A stretch of 59,503 nucleotides of DNA, filler included, from Globobulimina sp. (GCA_003354225.1; 12 parts of 12 records of this genome joined end to end with filler, not necessarily neighbours in it); one strand, 5' to 3'. Positions 10,483 to 23,410 are shown, counted from the whole stretch's first letter. The notes: generated from the sequence alone by a model not told the origin. Numbers and translations: made by a program.

Positions 10483-13143
10483 ATGGCAACTTGTCGAGAA
10501 CATGGTTTCTGCCAGCAGCACAAGACTACTGAACATCAAAAACTGTTCAAAAAACTTTACAGACTATCTAATATCGAAATTATGAGTCATTGCAATGACT
10601 ATATTTTACAAAAATGTTTGACTGATAATTATTATAAACAAATATTTGACGGAATTCATTGTAATCTATTTCATACGCGCCAATTAAGAAAAAACATTAC
10701 AATAGCACGCGTTGATTTAGACACTGATGACGTGAAACAAGCAGAAACAACCTATTTTTCTGAAGGTGAAATTGATACGAATGCAGCAATTGTGGAAATG
10801 GTCCCTTTGAAACATCACACAGACATTAAGTATGACGACAATGATACTGAAAGTATTGAAAACGAACAGAATGAGAGATATGTGACTGATATTGGTATGT
10901 TTGGTTTTGGCACCGACCACATTCATAAACATTTGGGCCCACACAAAGATAATCAGTGTTTCAAGGATGAGTTGATTAACAGTGGATACATTAATGAAAA
11001 TAAATGGTTGACATATTTGAACAAAGCAATGAATAAGTTCAAAACACTCACCAATAATACCAAGTATTTGGCCAAGCAATTCAGTGCAGATTATGCGATA
11101 TGTCGAGGGGATAGATTGGCTGTCCATCATATCTTGGCCCTATTAATATATACCTCAGAGACAAAGTTGTGCACGGAATATCGGAAAACATTCAGACCTA
11201 TGCAGTCCAACGAATCTGAGAACTCAATTATCAAACGTCATTCACGTTTTTATTTTCTAAGTCGTTATTTGTATGAGAGTATCGAAATGTTTGGTTTGGT
11301 CATGCAAGAAAACCAAACGGTGTATCACGGATTAGATAGAACGATGTTATTCTCACATTTTATGAGTCATTTTAATGCGCCGACGTCTACCACACCTGAT
11401 ATTTATGCTGCCCGGAATTTTGCTAAAGACACGGGCATTATATTGGAGTTGGTAAATGGGAATAAAACCATTCAAAATACAACCGTTGCGTTATATGCAT
11501 CACAACAACCGCGATACATTGACGTGCATTGGATTTCACCGTACGCCAATGAGTCTGAATTACTCTTTTACGGCGATAATGTGATTTTTGAAATTGTTAA
11601 TATTATCCACAGGGAGGTGTCGAAAAATGCCCTCAAAAAGTTGAATTTTTTCCAAAATATCATTAAAAACAATGACATTAATTGGATTGAGCAAAAAAGA
11701 AAATCTCCGAAAAGATTAACAAATTTGTCGAATTTAATTAATCGAACTCGGAAAATGAATGTGGAAATGAATAAATTAAAAGGATTGGATGGGTTGACAG
11801 ACGTGTTGACTGAGAATAATATTTCGATTGAACAGAATATGTTTGTGGACTGGACTGTGGCAGAAGAGTTTGATACCGAGGCATTGATGAATGATATTAT
11901 GTTCGTTCCATCCGAAGAAGAGAAGATTGATTACTCAAATAATAGTAACGTTTATGGTAAATTAAAATGTGACACAAAATTAATGGATGTCATTGAAAAA
12001 TATTTACACTCTTCGAATGTGCAACAAATTTTGTATTTGAAGTCGACATTATGTGCGAATATGAGTCACTCAGAATTTATGCAGTTTATTGTAGACACTT
12101 TGAATGTCAAAGAATATATTTTCAGTGGCAAAGAAATTGCTGCTTTTCAGGATTATTGTGTAAAATATGGAGTATCAGCCAAACAATTGCCGTTTGTGGA
12201 AAGGAATGCAATGTGTATTTGGATCGAATCAGAGCATAAAATCGAGGTGAATATTGCGTATGATATGTTTAGTAAAATCAAAGATAGGATGGAAGCATGT
12301 GACAGGAATATAATGACAATCATTGAAAATACTGAAAAGGAAAACACAGAAAAATATAATGTGTTGTATTCCCAAAAATTATGGAGTTTTTTCTGCATTT
12401 CTCAGAGGGATTATATTTGTTTTCGAGGAATTCAAGGAATGCCTTCTATTTTATTCAATGCATTATTTGTGGAGAATGGCTCACTCTCGTTTACGAAGTG
12501 CACTGATTTATTTACCAATACTCCAAGCATTGCATTTACGGAAATGCCTTACCCTTATTTGGTTTCTAATTTGGTCATATTTTGTGATTCCGTTATCAAA
12601 TACACAGGAAATGAAAATAATGCCAATAAAGCATTACAAACCGTCACTATAAAATCGATTGAGTTGACACATTCGAAATTCAGTGGGGTTTTGGCTAAAA
12701 CTATCAAGTAGTTCAACTCACAATCACAGAATGTATTGATGACATATTCCTTTGAATTTGATAGGAATCATGTCATACAATTTCGTATTGACGCTATCAA
12801 ATCGCAGAATAATATTAAGACAAGTGCAGATAAGGAAGAAAAGGAGGAAAGATTGGACACACGTGAACAGATACAGGAATTTATTGAGTTTGACCAGTTC
12901 ATTGAACAGTTTGAGGTGAAGGATATGAATGGTGGGAATATGTTTGCGACTGAAAATGATGACACGTTGGGAAATGAGGATAATGTATTGGTCATTCAGG
13001 AAGCTTTTGGCATTTTTGATGAGTTTATTGGAGATTATGTCATGGGTGAGCAGAGAAACGAGGAGACAAATGAGGTGACAAAAGCTAAGATGAAGCAACA
13101 TATCGAACTTTCGATATTGAAGCGTAACAATGACAATATATAG
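10483..13143 (+). CDS. Protein with ADP-ribosyltransferase-like domain; in-frame TAG at 12709-12711 separates two same-frame ORFs
   Basis: VYHG..F....F.APTSTT...A.NFA..G.ILEL...YIDVHWISPYANESELLF (H / STT / ExE pattern). ORF 12736-13143 is in the same frame. Confidence 0.6.
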
Positions 13144-13826
13144 TCATTTTGAGTAAAGCAAATGAAAATATATTTGCACATTTTTACTTTTTAGATCGTT
13201 TTATTTGTGCTTTTTTATTATTTTAATAAGTTATATACAGACTTAAATATTTTCGTATGTATTATATAAAATTCTATATTAATATTTTTTTCTCTTTTCT
13301 TTTTTTTGAACCGATATTTTGTTGTTGTGTGATAAATATTTTGTTGATTCTGTAAATTTGTTTCTTTTTTTATATGTCAATATTAAATTCAATAATTTAC
13401 AGTTGTTTTTTTTCTGAGATCGTTATTCATTCATTCATCAGACCGATCGCATATGTTGCTTGTGTCTGACAATCGGAAATGATGGATGTTTGCCGTAGTA
13501 TGAGTGTCATTGTTTCACTTTGCGTTGATAATGGCACTTGCTCTGTTGCACATATTGAATTGATATCAATCGTTTTTTTTGTTACAGAATTCGAAAGAAA
13601 TGACAGAGTTAGAAAATACTGCGACTGTTTTACAGTATAATGACCCGAAATGTAGATGGGAATTGGCGTGGATTGATAAAATTGAAAAGATTGGGCAGAG
13701 ATCATATAAATTACATATTATCAGCGAAACCTATTCTGGCCCAATCCCACAAACACATTTGAAGAAATTATTTGCTTTGCCGTGTTATGGAATCTCAGAT
13801 GTTGTTCTATAATGTAACTATCGTAT

Positions 13827-14066
13827 TTGATATTTAAATAATTTGTGCTAATACAAATTTGCTTTTTTTGTTTCATATGAACGTGGCTTTATTTTCTATT
13901 TGTTGATAATTTGATTGCATAAAAAAATGTTTCATTATAGAAACACGCAGATTTAAACTCCGAAAAACGTAATTCAGTTTCCAGGATTATATTGATACTC
14001 TCCGGGTACCCAGATTCAACAGGATTCAAATTATCGAAACTTTAGCACAAATTATTTAAATATCAA
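13827..14066. mobile_element. MITE-like element with perfect 25-bp terminal inverted repeats
   Basis: ttgatatttaaataatttgtgctaa (13827-13851) and its exact reverse complement (14042-14066); non-coding interior. Confidence 0.55.
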
Positions 14067-14178
14067 TTTTTGAGTGAAAACTTTTTAAGTCGACAATGCT
14101 AACTGTCTTGGAACTGTTTGTTGAATCTATCATTTCAATACATGTCCTGTTATTTCATTCAATAGTAACTTGCTGTTT

Positions 14179-14275
14179 AACGATATCTTAGGTCTTTCTT
14201 TTGAAAGGCGACAGCTCGTTACACAGCGGGGAACGATATCTTAGGTCTCTTTCTTTTGAAAGGCGACCGCTCGTT
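14179..14275 (+). repeat. Imperfect ~43-bp direct repeat pair
   Basis: aacgatatcttaggtct(ct)ttcttttgaaaggcgac(a/c)gctcgtt at 14179 and 14232. Confidence 0.85.
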
Positions 14276-14480
14276 CTTGTTTCTGTTGATGTCAGCACAT
14301 AACTGCGGGCTCCCTTTGATTTTATACATTCACCTTTCTCACTCCTGAACATTTCCGCAAATCAATCTATAGTGTTTAATGTATACTTGCTTTTGTTTGA
14401 AAATATAAATACGAAATTTATGCAATACTGCACATTATGTAATCGAGCACGGCGTAGTTGTGATAAGTTGCAAGTGTTTG

Positions 14481-14540
14481 TGTGCAAGGATACGTTTTTG
14501 TGTGCAAGGATACGTTTTTGTGTGCAAGGATACGTTTTTG
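14481..14540 (+). repeat. 20-bp tandem repeat x3
   Basis: tgtgcaaggatacgtttttg, three exact copies. Confidence 0.95.
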
Positions 14541-14914
14541 TACACAATTACTTAAAATTACATTAATTTACTACACTCTCAGTACAAACAGGTCGTCGCT
14601 ATTGTATAAAATCAACCATGTCAAAGAATAGATTGTCTTTATTTCGTATCACAAGCAGTAGTTATAAAAATATTTGGAATATTTCGTATCACAAGCAAAA
14701 ATGAATGGTTGTAATATATTTGGTTGTAATTTCATCACAAAGGAATCATTGATATTGGTGTTGTAATTTCATCAAATAGTAATCATCGGTAATGTAATTT
14801 CATGAATATCAGTTNNNNNNNNNNNNNNNNNNNNNNNNNNNNNNNNNNNNNNNNNNNNTTAATTAATTAANNNNNNNNNNNNNNNNNNNNNNNNNNNNNN
14901 NNNNNNNNNNNNNN

Positions 14915-15149
14915 CGATTAAATGTGGCACATCGTCGTTGTTTGGTGAGTTCTCTGTTTGAATCGATGGCTTACCACAGTTCTTATGCACTGGTGATTGG
15001 AAGATGCCGTCAATATTTTTCAAACCATACGCATCAATATAATCTATACCGCATTCTTCTAATACTAAGCGTACAAAATTCCCTCTGCATTTAATAGGTA
15101 GATGGTAAAATATCCACTTATTTCCTCCTTCAGAGTCAGAGACTGGCAT
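14915..15149 (-). CDS. Glutathione S-transferase N-terminal domain (3' partial)
   Basis: WIFYHLPIKCRGNFVRLVLEECGIDYID resembles the GST-N motif Y..RG..E..RL.L...G..Y. Confidence 0.7.
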
Positions 15150-15360
15150 TTAACAATATTCTGAAAGAACCACTGAAAACTATGGAATCTATAATTTAAT
15201 TAAATAGATTTGCCTCAAATCACAATCACAATGTCAACAAATTGGTCACAAAAGAAAAGAAAACAACAAATGTTCTGACGCACAAAACAAAGCAATTGAT
15301 CAACCCAATAAAGAATAAATAGTTAAAATACATAAATTTTGATTCTTTCACAAACTATCC

Positions 15361-18180
15361 TTAATTTAGTTGATTATCATTATTATATATTGAATAATGA
15401 TGCAATAATGAAACTGCATTCGCTTTACTCAAATTTGCTGATATTATTTCAAAACAGTATCCCGTCGAAATGGATACTTCTTCATTGATTGTAGCGGCTC
15501 TCAATTTGGCGACTCGCTTAATAAATTTCACTGTTTCCTTATGCATTCCACCGTAATCTTCGAAGATCAATGGTTGGTAAAGCAATCCATGCATTTTATT
15601 GTGATTATCATTCAGATTTAGGTAGTTTGCATATTTGTTGATTTTGTGTCTATAGAAGTTCTTTGCAGCGCTCAATTTGCTGACTGCTGCCGTTTCAAAA
15701 CGACTATTTGCAACGACCGATGTGATACCAATGTCCAATGCAACTGCTTCGCCGTTCGGACCCCAATTATTAATGTAGATGTCCGCCGGTTTCATACTGC
15801 TGTTGTCGAATAAGTGTCTCTTTTCGATGGAATGTGATATCTCGGCCGATTTCAGCAATTTGGCGATGCCATGTACGATCAAGTCATGTTTATATATAAT
15901 TCCTTGGCCGTGCTTACATATTACGCCATGATCACCATATTTGTCGACCGGATTGGCGCAACAGATACATTTCTCATTGCTGATGATAAGAATGTGTCTC
16001 AATTTGCGTTTAAATAAGATGCGGAACTCCGGATTACTGTAATTCATGCCATATCCAGTAATCATCGAAGCGTTGAGCCATGCATTTGCGTTGCGATTAC
16101 ATTGTGATTTCAGCGCTGCTTTGTCTTTACCTGTTTTTGAGGCAAGTAAGACATTCAATTGTCGCGATTGTATGGCATTGACCATCCACTTCGTTGTATG
16201 TATGAGTGGGTCAAATGCCTCAATGTAATATCTATCTGCAACGGATGCGTTGTATACAGATAATGCATATTCGAATCTCTCATCTATAACTTTCATGAAA
16301 TCGTCATAAATGTCTGTACGTAACAACTTTTTACATACATTCTTCGCTGCAAATATTGCGGGCATATAGATCGCGCTAAATTTGTCGGACGCAGTGCGCA
16401 TACCTAAGCCTGCTTTCTTTGTAGAAAGACTGCAGTGTAAAAATTCATCGTCAGTTAAAATAAAACCCCCATAATCGTCAATATTTCACGTAGCATTTGG
16501 TCGTATTTTTGTGCCACAATCAAACTAATTTTCGGATCCAATGAATTGAGCCAGTATCACTTTATATTGCAAATATGCTAAATCTAATGTACCGACCCGA
16601 TTTATGCTCTTCTTGATTTTCTCAATTTTAATATCCATTTGTAATAAAACATAACTTTCTGAGCCCATCGGGATATTCAAACATTCGGAGTTGCCATTTT
16701 CGTGGAATCTGAATTTCTTCAAATCGTCAGACAGCAAATTCCAAATCGATTCTTTGTTCCCGGCACAGGTTATTATACTTTTTGATTCATTCAAAAAGAA
16801 ACCAAAGACCGGCCCTAAGTCCGGTTTAATTTCAATGCATTTTTGACGGACTATGTCATTAAAATGCTTTGCTACGACTGCTGAGATAGTGTTAGATGAT
16901 GTACTTCCTTGTCCTAAGCCTTGCTCGTTTGATAGCCAATCGTTTGTGGACATATATATGGGATAAGGTTTGTGGTATAATTGGTACGCTTGGGCGTACA
17001 TTTTGGGCACTTTGGTGTATAATAAATCTAACATTATTTTGCGGCTTACATTGTTGAAGTAATTTCTCCAATCTTTTTGCACAATGACTAGCTCCGGATT
17101 CTTCGCAATGTGACGCAGAGCGCCTTCGAAGCCCATAATCATTCCGCCCGCACCGGATTTGTCTGTACATATTTGCGTCGGATCTATAGCTGATTTAATT
17201 TGGTCTGCGGCTAAGTCCTGGCCAATCATCGTCGATATAGTGACTACGGAGTTACTAATAATGATTGGTCGAATGTCGCAGCATTGACCATTCTTAATTT
17301 TATTCGCTGGGACCAGTCTTCCGCCATTTATAAACGGCGCGACTTCCGCGTTCATACTGCCATTGATCATCAATTTGAAGATCGCGGCAAACGCCTGTTC
17401 TAAGTCTGTGCCATGTCGTTGCTTCCATATTTGCATAATATGATTGTTAGATATACCAATTATTCCCGGTGCCGCACAGTCATTCAGTTTGTTAATGAAT
17501 TTTTCCATAATCTCAGGCTCAATGTGATCTGTTTTGTGTTCGGCTGTGAGCGGTTTAGGTGCTACAATCTCACCCGTCGGGAACTTCGATTTCAATAAAT
17601 CCATTTTTTGCGGGTCGCGAAGATCTGCTATGCCATTACTGTCGATTGCGTTTAATGCGTCTCGCGTATGACCCTTATCGATTAATTTCTTGATTTTCGA
17701 TTTCAATTTCTTGGAAATGACACCATTATTTTGATTCGGTGCTGATTTGGATGCATCAAAAACGGGTTGAACGCGTTGCTGCGGAATTAAATCATGCATC
17801 ATTTCATGAAACATAATGATAATCTCATCGTTGGCAATTCGATCCATTCGCTTTTTCAACGTGTTATAATTGCGTTTGTTATTTTTCTTTCCGCCTCGTT
17901 TAAACTTTGCAAGACCGACTCTTGCGAATAATGCTAATTTGATCCATGAAATACTATCGTTTTTGTTCACAACATTCCAGATTAGCGTCGTAAATGTGTT
18001 TATCACTAATTTGCTATAACGGATTGGGATATTTTCAATCCATTTAAGCGAACTAAACCAAATATTGTTAAATGTGGGGACCGCCACAATGTCATTCGAT
18101 TTTTGTTCAATGTTAACGGATTTTTCCTCATTTTGTATTTGTTGCGAATTATTTGTGTTCAATGTATTGATTGATGGCAT
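15361..18180 (-). mobile_element. Decayed non-LTR retrotransposon, CRE-like (RT plus restriction-like endonuclease)
   Basis: RT motifs DIRPII, KDWRNYFNNVSR, GLGQG, GFFLNESKS and KAGLG. C-terminal C..C..D.YGDH...C, KHD, KPADI, DIGI, KINKY and PLIFEDYGG. YxDD is absent and there is a frameshift near 16555. Confidence 0.85.
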
Positions 18181-18302
18181 GTTTGGGTCGATAGACCCTC
18201 ATACCAGTGATTTCAAAATTTTGAGATTTTTTTTATGAGTAGTACTAGTAGTACTAGTACTACTTTTTTTTAACATTTTTTTTTATCGAATATTTCCTAA
18301 AG

Positions 18303-18562
18303 GAATTTTGTACATGATTTTCAGAAACGAATTTTGTACATGATTTTCAGAAACGAATTTTGTACATGAATTTCAGAAACGAATTTTGTACATGAATTTC
18401 AGAAACGAATTTTGTACATGATTTTCAGAGACGAATTTTGTACATGATTTTCAGAAACGAATTTTGTACATGAATTTCAGAAACGACTTTTGACATGATT
18501 TTCAGAGACGAATTTTGTACATGAATTTCAGAAACGAATTTTGTACATGAATTTCAGAGACG
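18303..18562 (+). repeat. 26-bp minisatellite, about 10 copies
   Basis: Unit gaattttgtacatga(a/t)tttcaga(a/g)ac. Confidence 0.95.
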
Positions 18563-18955
18563 AAAAATTTTAAAATTTTTAAGAAATTTCCAGAAAATTC
18601 TGATTTTTTTTTTAAAGAAAATTCCAGAAAATAAAAAATATTTTGGTTAATCAGCAAAAAAATTCCTGACAAAAAAAAATATGATAATTCATCTCAAATC
18701 ACCATTTGCCAACAAAAATATTTTGGGTGCAAGGATAAAAATTAAAAAATAACTACGCATATTCGCATAAAAAAACGAACAAAAAAATATGATAACTTGG
18801 TTCATCTCAAATCACAAATTCCCAACAAAAAATATTTTGATTAGTCATCAAAATCACCAATTAATGATTAAAAATCACCATTTTTTGAGTGCAAGGATAA
18901 AAATTAAAAAATAACCACGCATATTCGCATAAAAAAACAAAAAAAAAAAATACAC

Positions 18956-19032
18956 CGGCCTTCTTGCCTCCAGAATTCTTGCCTCCTGGCTTCTTGCCTC
19001 CAGGCTTCTTACCTCCGGGCTGCTTGCCTCTG
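18956..19032 (+). repeat. 15-bp tandem repeat, about 5 copies
   Basis: Unit approximately ggcttcttgcctcc(a/t), adjacent to the right inverted repeat. Confidence 0.85.
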
Positions 19033-19188
19033 GGTCTATCGACCCGCAATGCTACTGTGTTGCCCCCTACGATTGATTTAATTATGTGTCGCAAACACCG
19101 ACAGCATATTTTTTTACGTGTAGATAAGCATATTTTTAATATTTTGAAAAAACGTGTTTTATTTGAAGCTTAAGTACATCCTCAAACA

Positions 19189-19783
19189 ATGCACCCTATC
19201 ACTCATACTTTTTCACCAATACCATTATTAAAAAATACTAGTAATTCTACAACAACAATCAATAATTTACAGCAAGCTCCCCTTACTTTATTAAATAATC
19301 TATCATTGCCGCCACTAAATCCAGCGATAAATCCATTTGGCATTATAAATAATACCAATTATAGCAATACTAATAACAATACAAATAATCATATAATCTC
19401 CCAACAGAGTTTATTGTCACCAATAACCCCAATAACAGACGCATCCTCAACTAGCCATACCAACAAAAATAACAATACCCCTCAATTGGCCTATACTTCG
19501 CCATTATATGACTCGAATAACAATAATACCAATGACACCAATATAATATGTGATGAATCAGCAGTCCATGAAATAAAACTTACTCTCATTCATAATCCAA
19601 CCCATCCCACCGCACCAAAATATAGATGGTCTGCCAATATCCAATCTTTTAACGGTCCATTATCAAACAAACTGATTCAAACCTTAACAAATACCACATT
19701 CAACACCAATCTACATACAAATTCTGGTACTTATATACTGCAAATATGTCAGTTTCAAATTCAATCTATTTTTATATTTTTTG
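19189..19783 (+). CDS. Asn/Thr/Pro-rich hypothetical protein (3' partial)
   Basis: ATG-initiated low-complexity ORF open to the contig end. Confidence 0.45.
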
Positions 19784-19951
19784 NNNNNNNNNNNNNNNNN
19801 NNNNNNNNNNNNNNNNNNNNNNNNNNNTTAATTAATTAANNNNNNNNNNNNNNNNNNNNNNNNNNNNNNNNNNNNNNNNNNNNTAACGAAATATGTAACT
19901 AAAAAATGGTATAGTGAGGTTTTGTAAAAGTTAGATATTTTGAGTTTTTGC

Positions 19952-22900
19952 ATGGCAAATGAAGTATATGAGATTGGAGATGAGGTTGTATTGGTAAAGG
20001 AGCGTGAAGGATTTATCAGATTTATTGGAAACCTCGACGGTAAAAAAGGAACATTTTATGGAATTGATGTAACAGTTGGTACAGGGAAAAACAATGGAGA
20101 ATATGGTGGGAAACAGTACTTTGAATGTGCTGAAGGAAAAGGGATGTTTATTAAAGAAAAACATATAATATTTAAACATGGAAAACCAGAAACACCACCA
20201 TCATCACAACAAGAATCTGATAATGACTCTCCATTACCACCACAACAAGAATCCGATAACGAATCACCACCTCCACAACAACAAGAATCAGACAATGATT
20301 CACCACCTCCACCACAACAAGAATCCGATAAAGAATCACCAGCACCATCACCACAACAACAACAAGAATCTGATAATGAGTCTCCACCACAACAAGAATC
20401 AGACAATGATTCACCTCCTCCTCCACAACAAGAATATGATGAATTACAGAAATTGCATGGTATTTTTTTATCATTATCCTGTCCAATTATAACTATAACA
20501 TAAAACACAAGATTTGCGTAAACAAATGGAGGATGAACAAGAGCGATTAAAACGACGTGAAGACGAAGAAAAATCCCTTCGTGACGCCGAGAAAGTTTTA
20601 GAGGATAAAAAACAAAAAGAATTGGATCGATTGCAGCGATTAGCCGACGCAGAAAAGGAACGAAAACGGCAAGCAGAGGAAGACCGACAGCGGCAAATAG
20701 AACAAGAACAACAGAAAAGAGATGCAGAACGACAGAAAATCAAAGACCACGATGCCGAACGAAAGAGGAAATTACAAGAAGAACAGGATAAAATTGATAC
20801 ATTGCGCAAAGAATTAGAAGTGGAACGCAAAAAAGCCGAAGAAGAACGAAAGAAAGTCCAAGATGAACGACAACGGCAACGAGAACATGACGACGCACAG
20901 AGAGAGAAAGAAAAAGAACGAGATCGCAAACGGAGGGAGAAAGAGGAGGAAGAACGCAGTGCCAAAATGAAAGAAGAAGCAGATGCATTGCAGGCTGAGT
21001 TGGATAGAAAGCAACGCGAAGCTGACAAATTGCAGCGACAGAAAGACAGAGAGGAAGAGGCTCGACGCAGAGCGAAGAAAAGCAAAAATCGCCCAAAAAA
21101 AAGAAAAAAGCAGAAACACCTCCATCGTCATCACCGTCGCCATCACCTCCACCAAAACCAAAACCAAAAGCAAACAAAACCAAAAAATCGCCCAAAAAAA
21201 AGAAAAAAAAACCAAAGCCAGTAACTCCACCGTCCTCTTCCTCATCGTCACCATCACCGCCACCAAAACCGAAACAGAAATCAAAAGCAAAAAAAAAAGC
21301 AAAAAAAACTGGTGCCTCATCGCCACGAAACACTGCAGGTTCGAAGTTTGTGATACGTCGCAAAGCCGGTCCCTCGAAGGAAAAACCAAAAGGATGGAAA
21401 GCGCCGTCGTGGACAAAGGATGTGTTGAATGATGTGAGTGGGACCTCCTGGTCTGGCGAAAAGAAGGCGTATCGGGGCAAAATGGTAAATTTACGAAGTT
21501 TGTATGATAAGGCTGGTTATTTGCCGCCTGCTAAGTTAAAGACATTGAAAGCTGCTGGATACACTGATGAAGATATAAGATGTTAATTGTTATATATTTT
21601 ATAGAAATCTGTCTGAAAACGAAACGCTTTTTTGTATGTTATATAGTGATGTTAGCGGAATGGGATAAGGATAAGGACAGTTTAGTTTTTTTTTATGTGT
21701 CAATATTTGGTTTAAAATGGAAAATATGTTTGTATTCACTATGTAGAGGGCAAGAAAAAGAAAGGGAAAAAAGGCAAAACTAAAAATACGGCTAACAAGA
21801 AAAATAAAAGCAAAAAAAGAAATAAATATACAATATCGGACAGTGACAGTGCCTCCGATTCATGGGACAGTGAAGAGGAAGCACGCAAAGCCAAAGCAGA
21901 AGCAAAACGGAAGAAATTGTTGCAAGACGAACTAACGAAGTTAGAGGAAGAAGACAATCGACGCAAAAAAGAGTTAGAAGCCGAAGCGGAGAAGCTACGC
22001 AAACAAAGATTATTGATTCAGAAAAAACAAAAGCAACTCAAAAAACAGCAAGAATTGGAAGAATTGCAGTTATTGGATAAAAAAATCCAAATGGAAAAGG
22101 AGAGAAAAGAAAAACACAGACAATTAGAGGCAGAACGGGCTAAAATGCAAAAGGAAAGGCAGCAAAGAGAAGTTTAACAGTTTCCTAATTCATAGTAATT
22201 TGCATAAAACACCATTTGTTTAATACAGAGAGAGCGCAAGAAATTGGAACAAGAGAAACGAGATCGAGAATTAAGTCGTAAAAAAATCGACGATCAATTT
22301 GCATTGGAAACTGAACGCATATTATTAAGGTGTTATATATTATTTATTTACATTATGATTTCGGATTTTTGCACTTGTTTTTAAGGCGGAAACAGTTAGC
22401 AATGGAGGAAGAGGAACGGGAGCAACGGGAACAGGAAAAGTACGAAGCTGAGCTAAAAGCAAAAATAAAGGCTGCGCGAGCAAGCAAAAAAAAGGCAAAA
22501 GAGGCAGAAGAGGCAAAAGATAGTGATGAGAGCAGCAGTGATGATGATGATAGACGTAGGAAGGGAAGGAGTGACAAACGGATGGGGAGGAACATGAAAG
22601 CTAAAAAACGCAATGATAGTGATGAGGACAGTGATGAAGGCGGAGTGGTGAGGAGAAAAGGTAAAAATACTAAGAGACAGCCACCAAAAAAAGAATATAA
22701 GATATTTTTTAGTGTGGACATTCGGGTGAATGATGAGGACGATTTAGAAGCGAAGATAGGAGATCTGGACAAATTGAAACAGCCATTTAGTGAGATCTTT
22801 AAGACTGCGTCGAAAAAGGATGTGTTTAATTTGAAGAGCAGGATACGGCCCGGCGGCAAGGCTTTTAAATTGGAATTTGGGATTCGGATAGCAACGAGAA

Positions 22901-23058
22901 TGCATCCTGCTGATTATATAAATATCTTTGATGAGTTAAGCAATAAAAAAGATCCGCAGATACAGAATGCATTGGAGGATACTTTTGAGTTTGAGAATGA
23001 ACCGGTGATTCATATATGGGAGGCTCGCTATGTCAAAGTAGAGAAATCTGATAAATAA
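19952..23058 (+). CDS. CAP-Gly domain protein with PPPQQESDND repeats and charged coiled-coil; multi-exon, with apparent homopolymer frameshift near 21080-21110
   Basis: GFIRFIGNLDGKKGTFYGIDV..GKNNGEYGGKQYFEC..GKGMF. Intron 20460-20511 restores frame; further GT-AG introns start near 21582, 21680, 22173 and 22330. Confidence 0.75.
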
Positions 23059-23202
23059 ACTGTGTTTCTTTCTTTGTGTGACTATGTGATGTGGTTTTTG
23101 TATTGTATTAGTTGTACTTTATTTTGTTTGAATTCAATCCCGCTTTTATTTTGTGTATTAGGTGAATAATTCAATCCCGCTTTTATTTGAAATTGTGGAT
23201 CT

Positions 23203-23286
23203 TCAAACAAAAAAAAAAATCAACATCGTCAATAAAATTATTTGCATTGAATTTTTATCGACGATGTTGATTTTTTTTTTGTTTGA
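23203..23286. repeat. Imperfect hairpin between convergent genes
   Basis: tcaaacaaaaaaaaaaatcaacatcgtcaataaaa pairs with ttttatcgacgatgttgattttttttttgtttga. Confidence 0.8.
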
Positions 23287-23410
23287 CTTTGAATGGCCTC
23301 AATTGATTTCTTAGTATTTTGAAGAAGAAGAAGAGTTTACACAGATAAAACAACGAAGAAATCCTGTTTGGTATTGATGAATATTAAAATCAATGGAAAG
23401 TTAAAGTGAA

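Larger units (their letters stand above)
18185..19045. mobile_element. Non-autonomous element bounded by 14-bp inverted repeats, with internal satellites
   Basis: gggtcgatagaccc (18185-18198) and gggtctatcgaccc (19032-19045) are exact reverse complements. No TSD seen. Confidence 0.5.

Noticed and set aside
18303-18562. Possible CRISPR array
   Set aside because: Units are head-to-tail with no unique spacers and no cas genes; this is a minisatellite.
18861-19094. GGKKP-repeat protein
   Set aside because: Translation of a 15-bp tandem repeat inside the TIR-bounded element; no other coding evidence.
20056-20508. Cys/Gly-rich and His-rich ORFs suggesting metal-binding proteins
   Set aside because: Alternative frames of the PPPQQESDND repeat in the CAP-Gly gene.
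21070-21230. Programmed frameshift in the CAP-Gly gene
   Set aside because: The shift falls among A homopolymers in Lys-rich sequence; sequencing or assembly indel is the simpler explanation.
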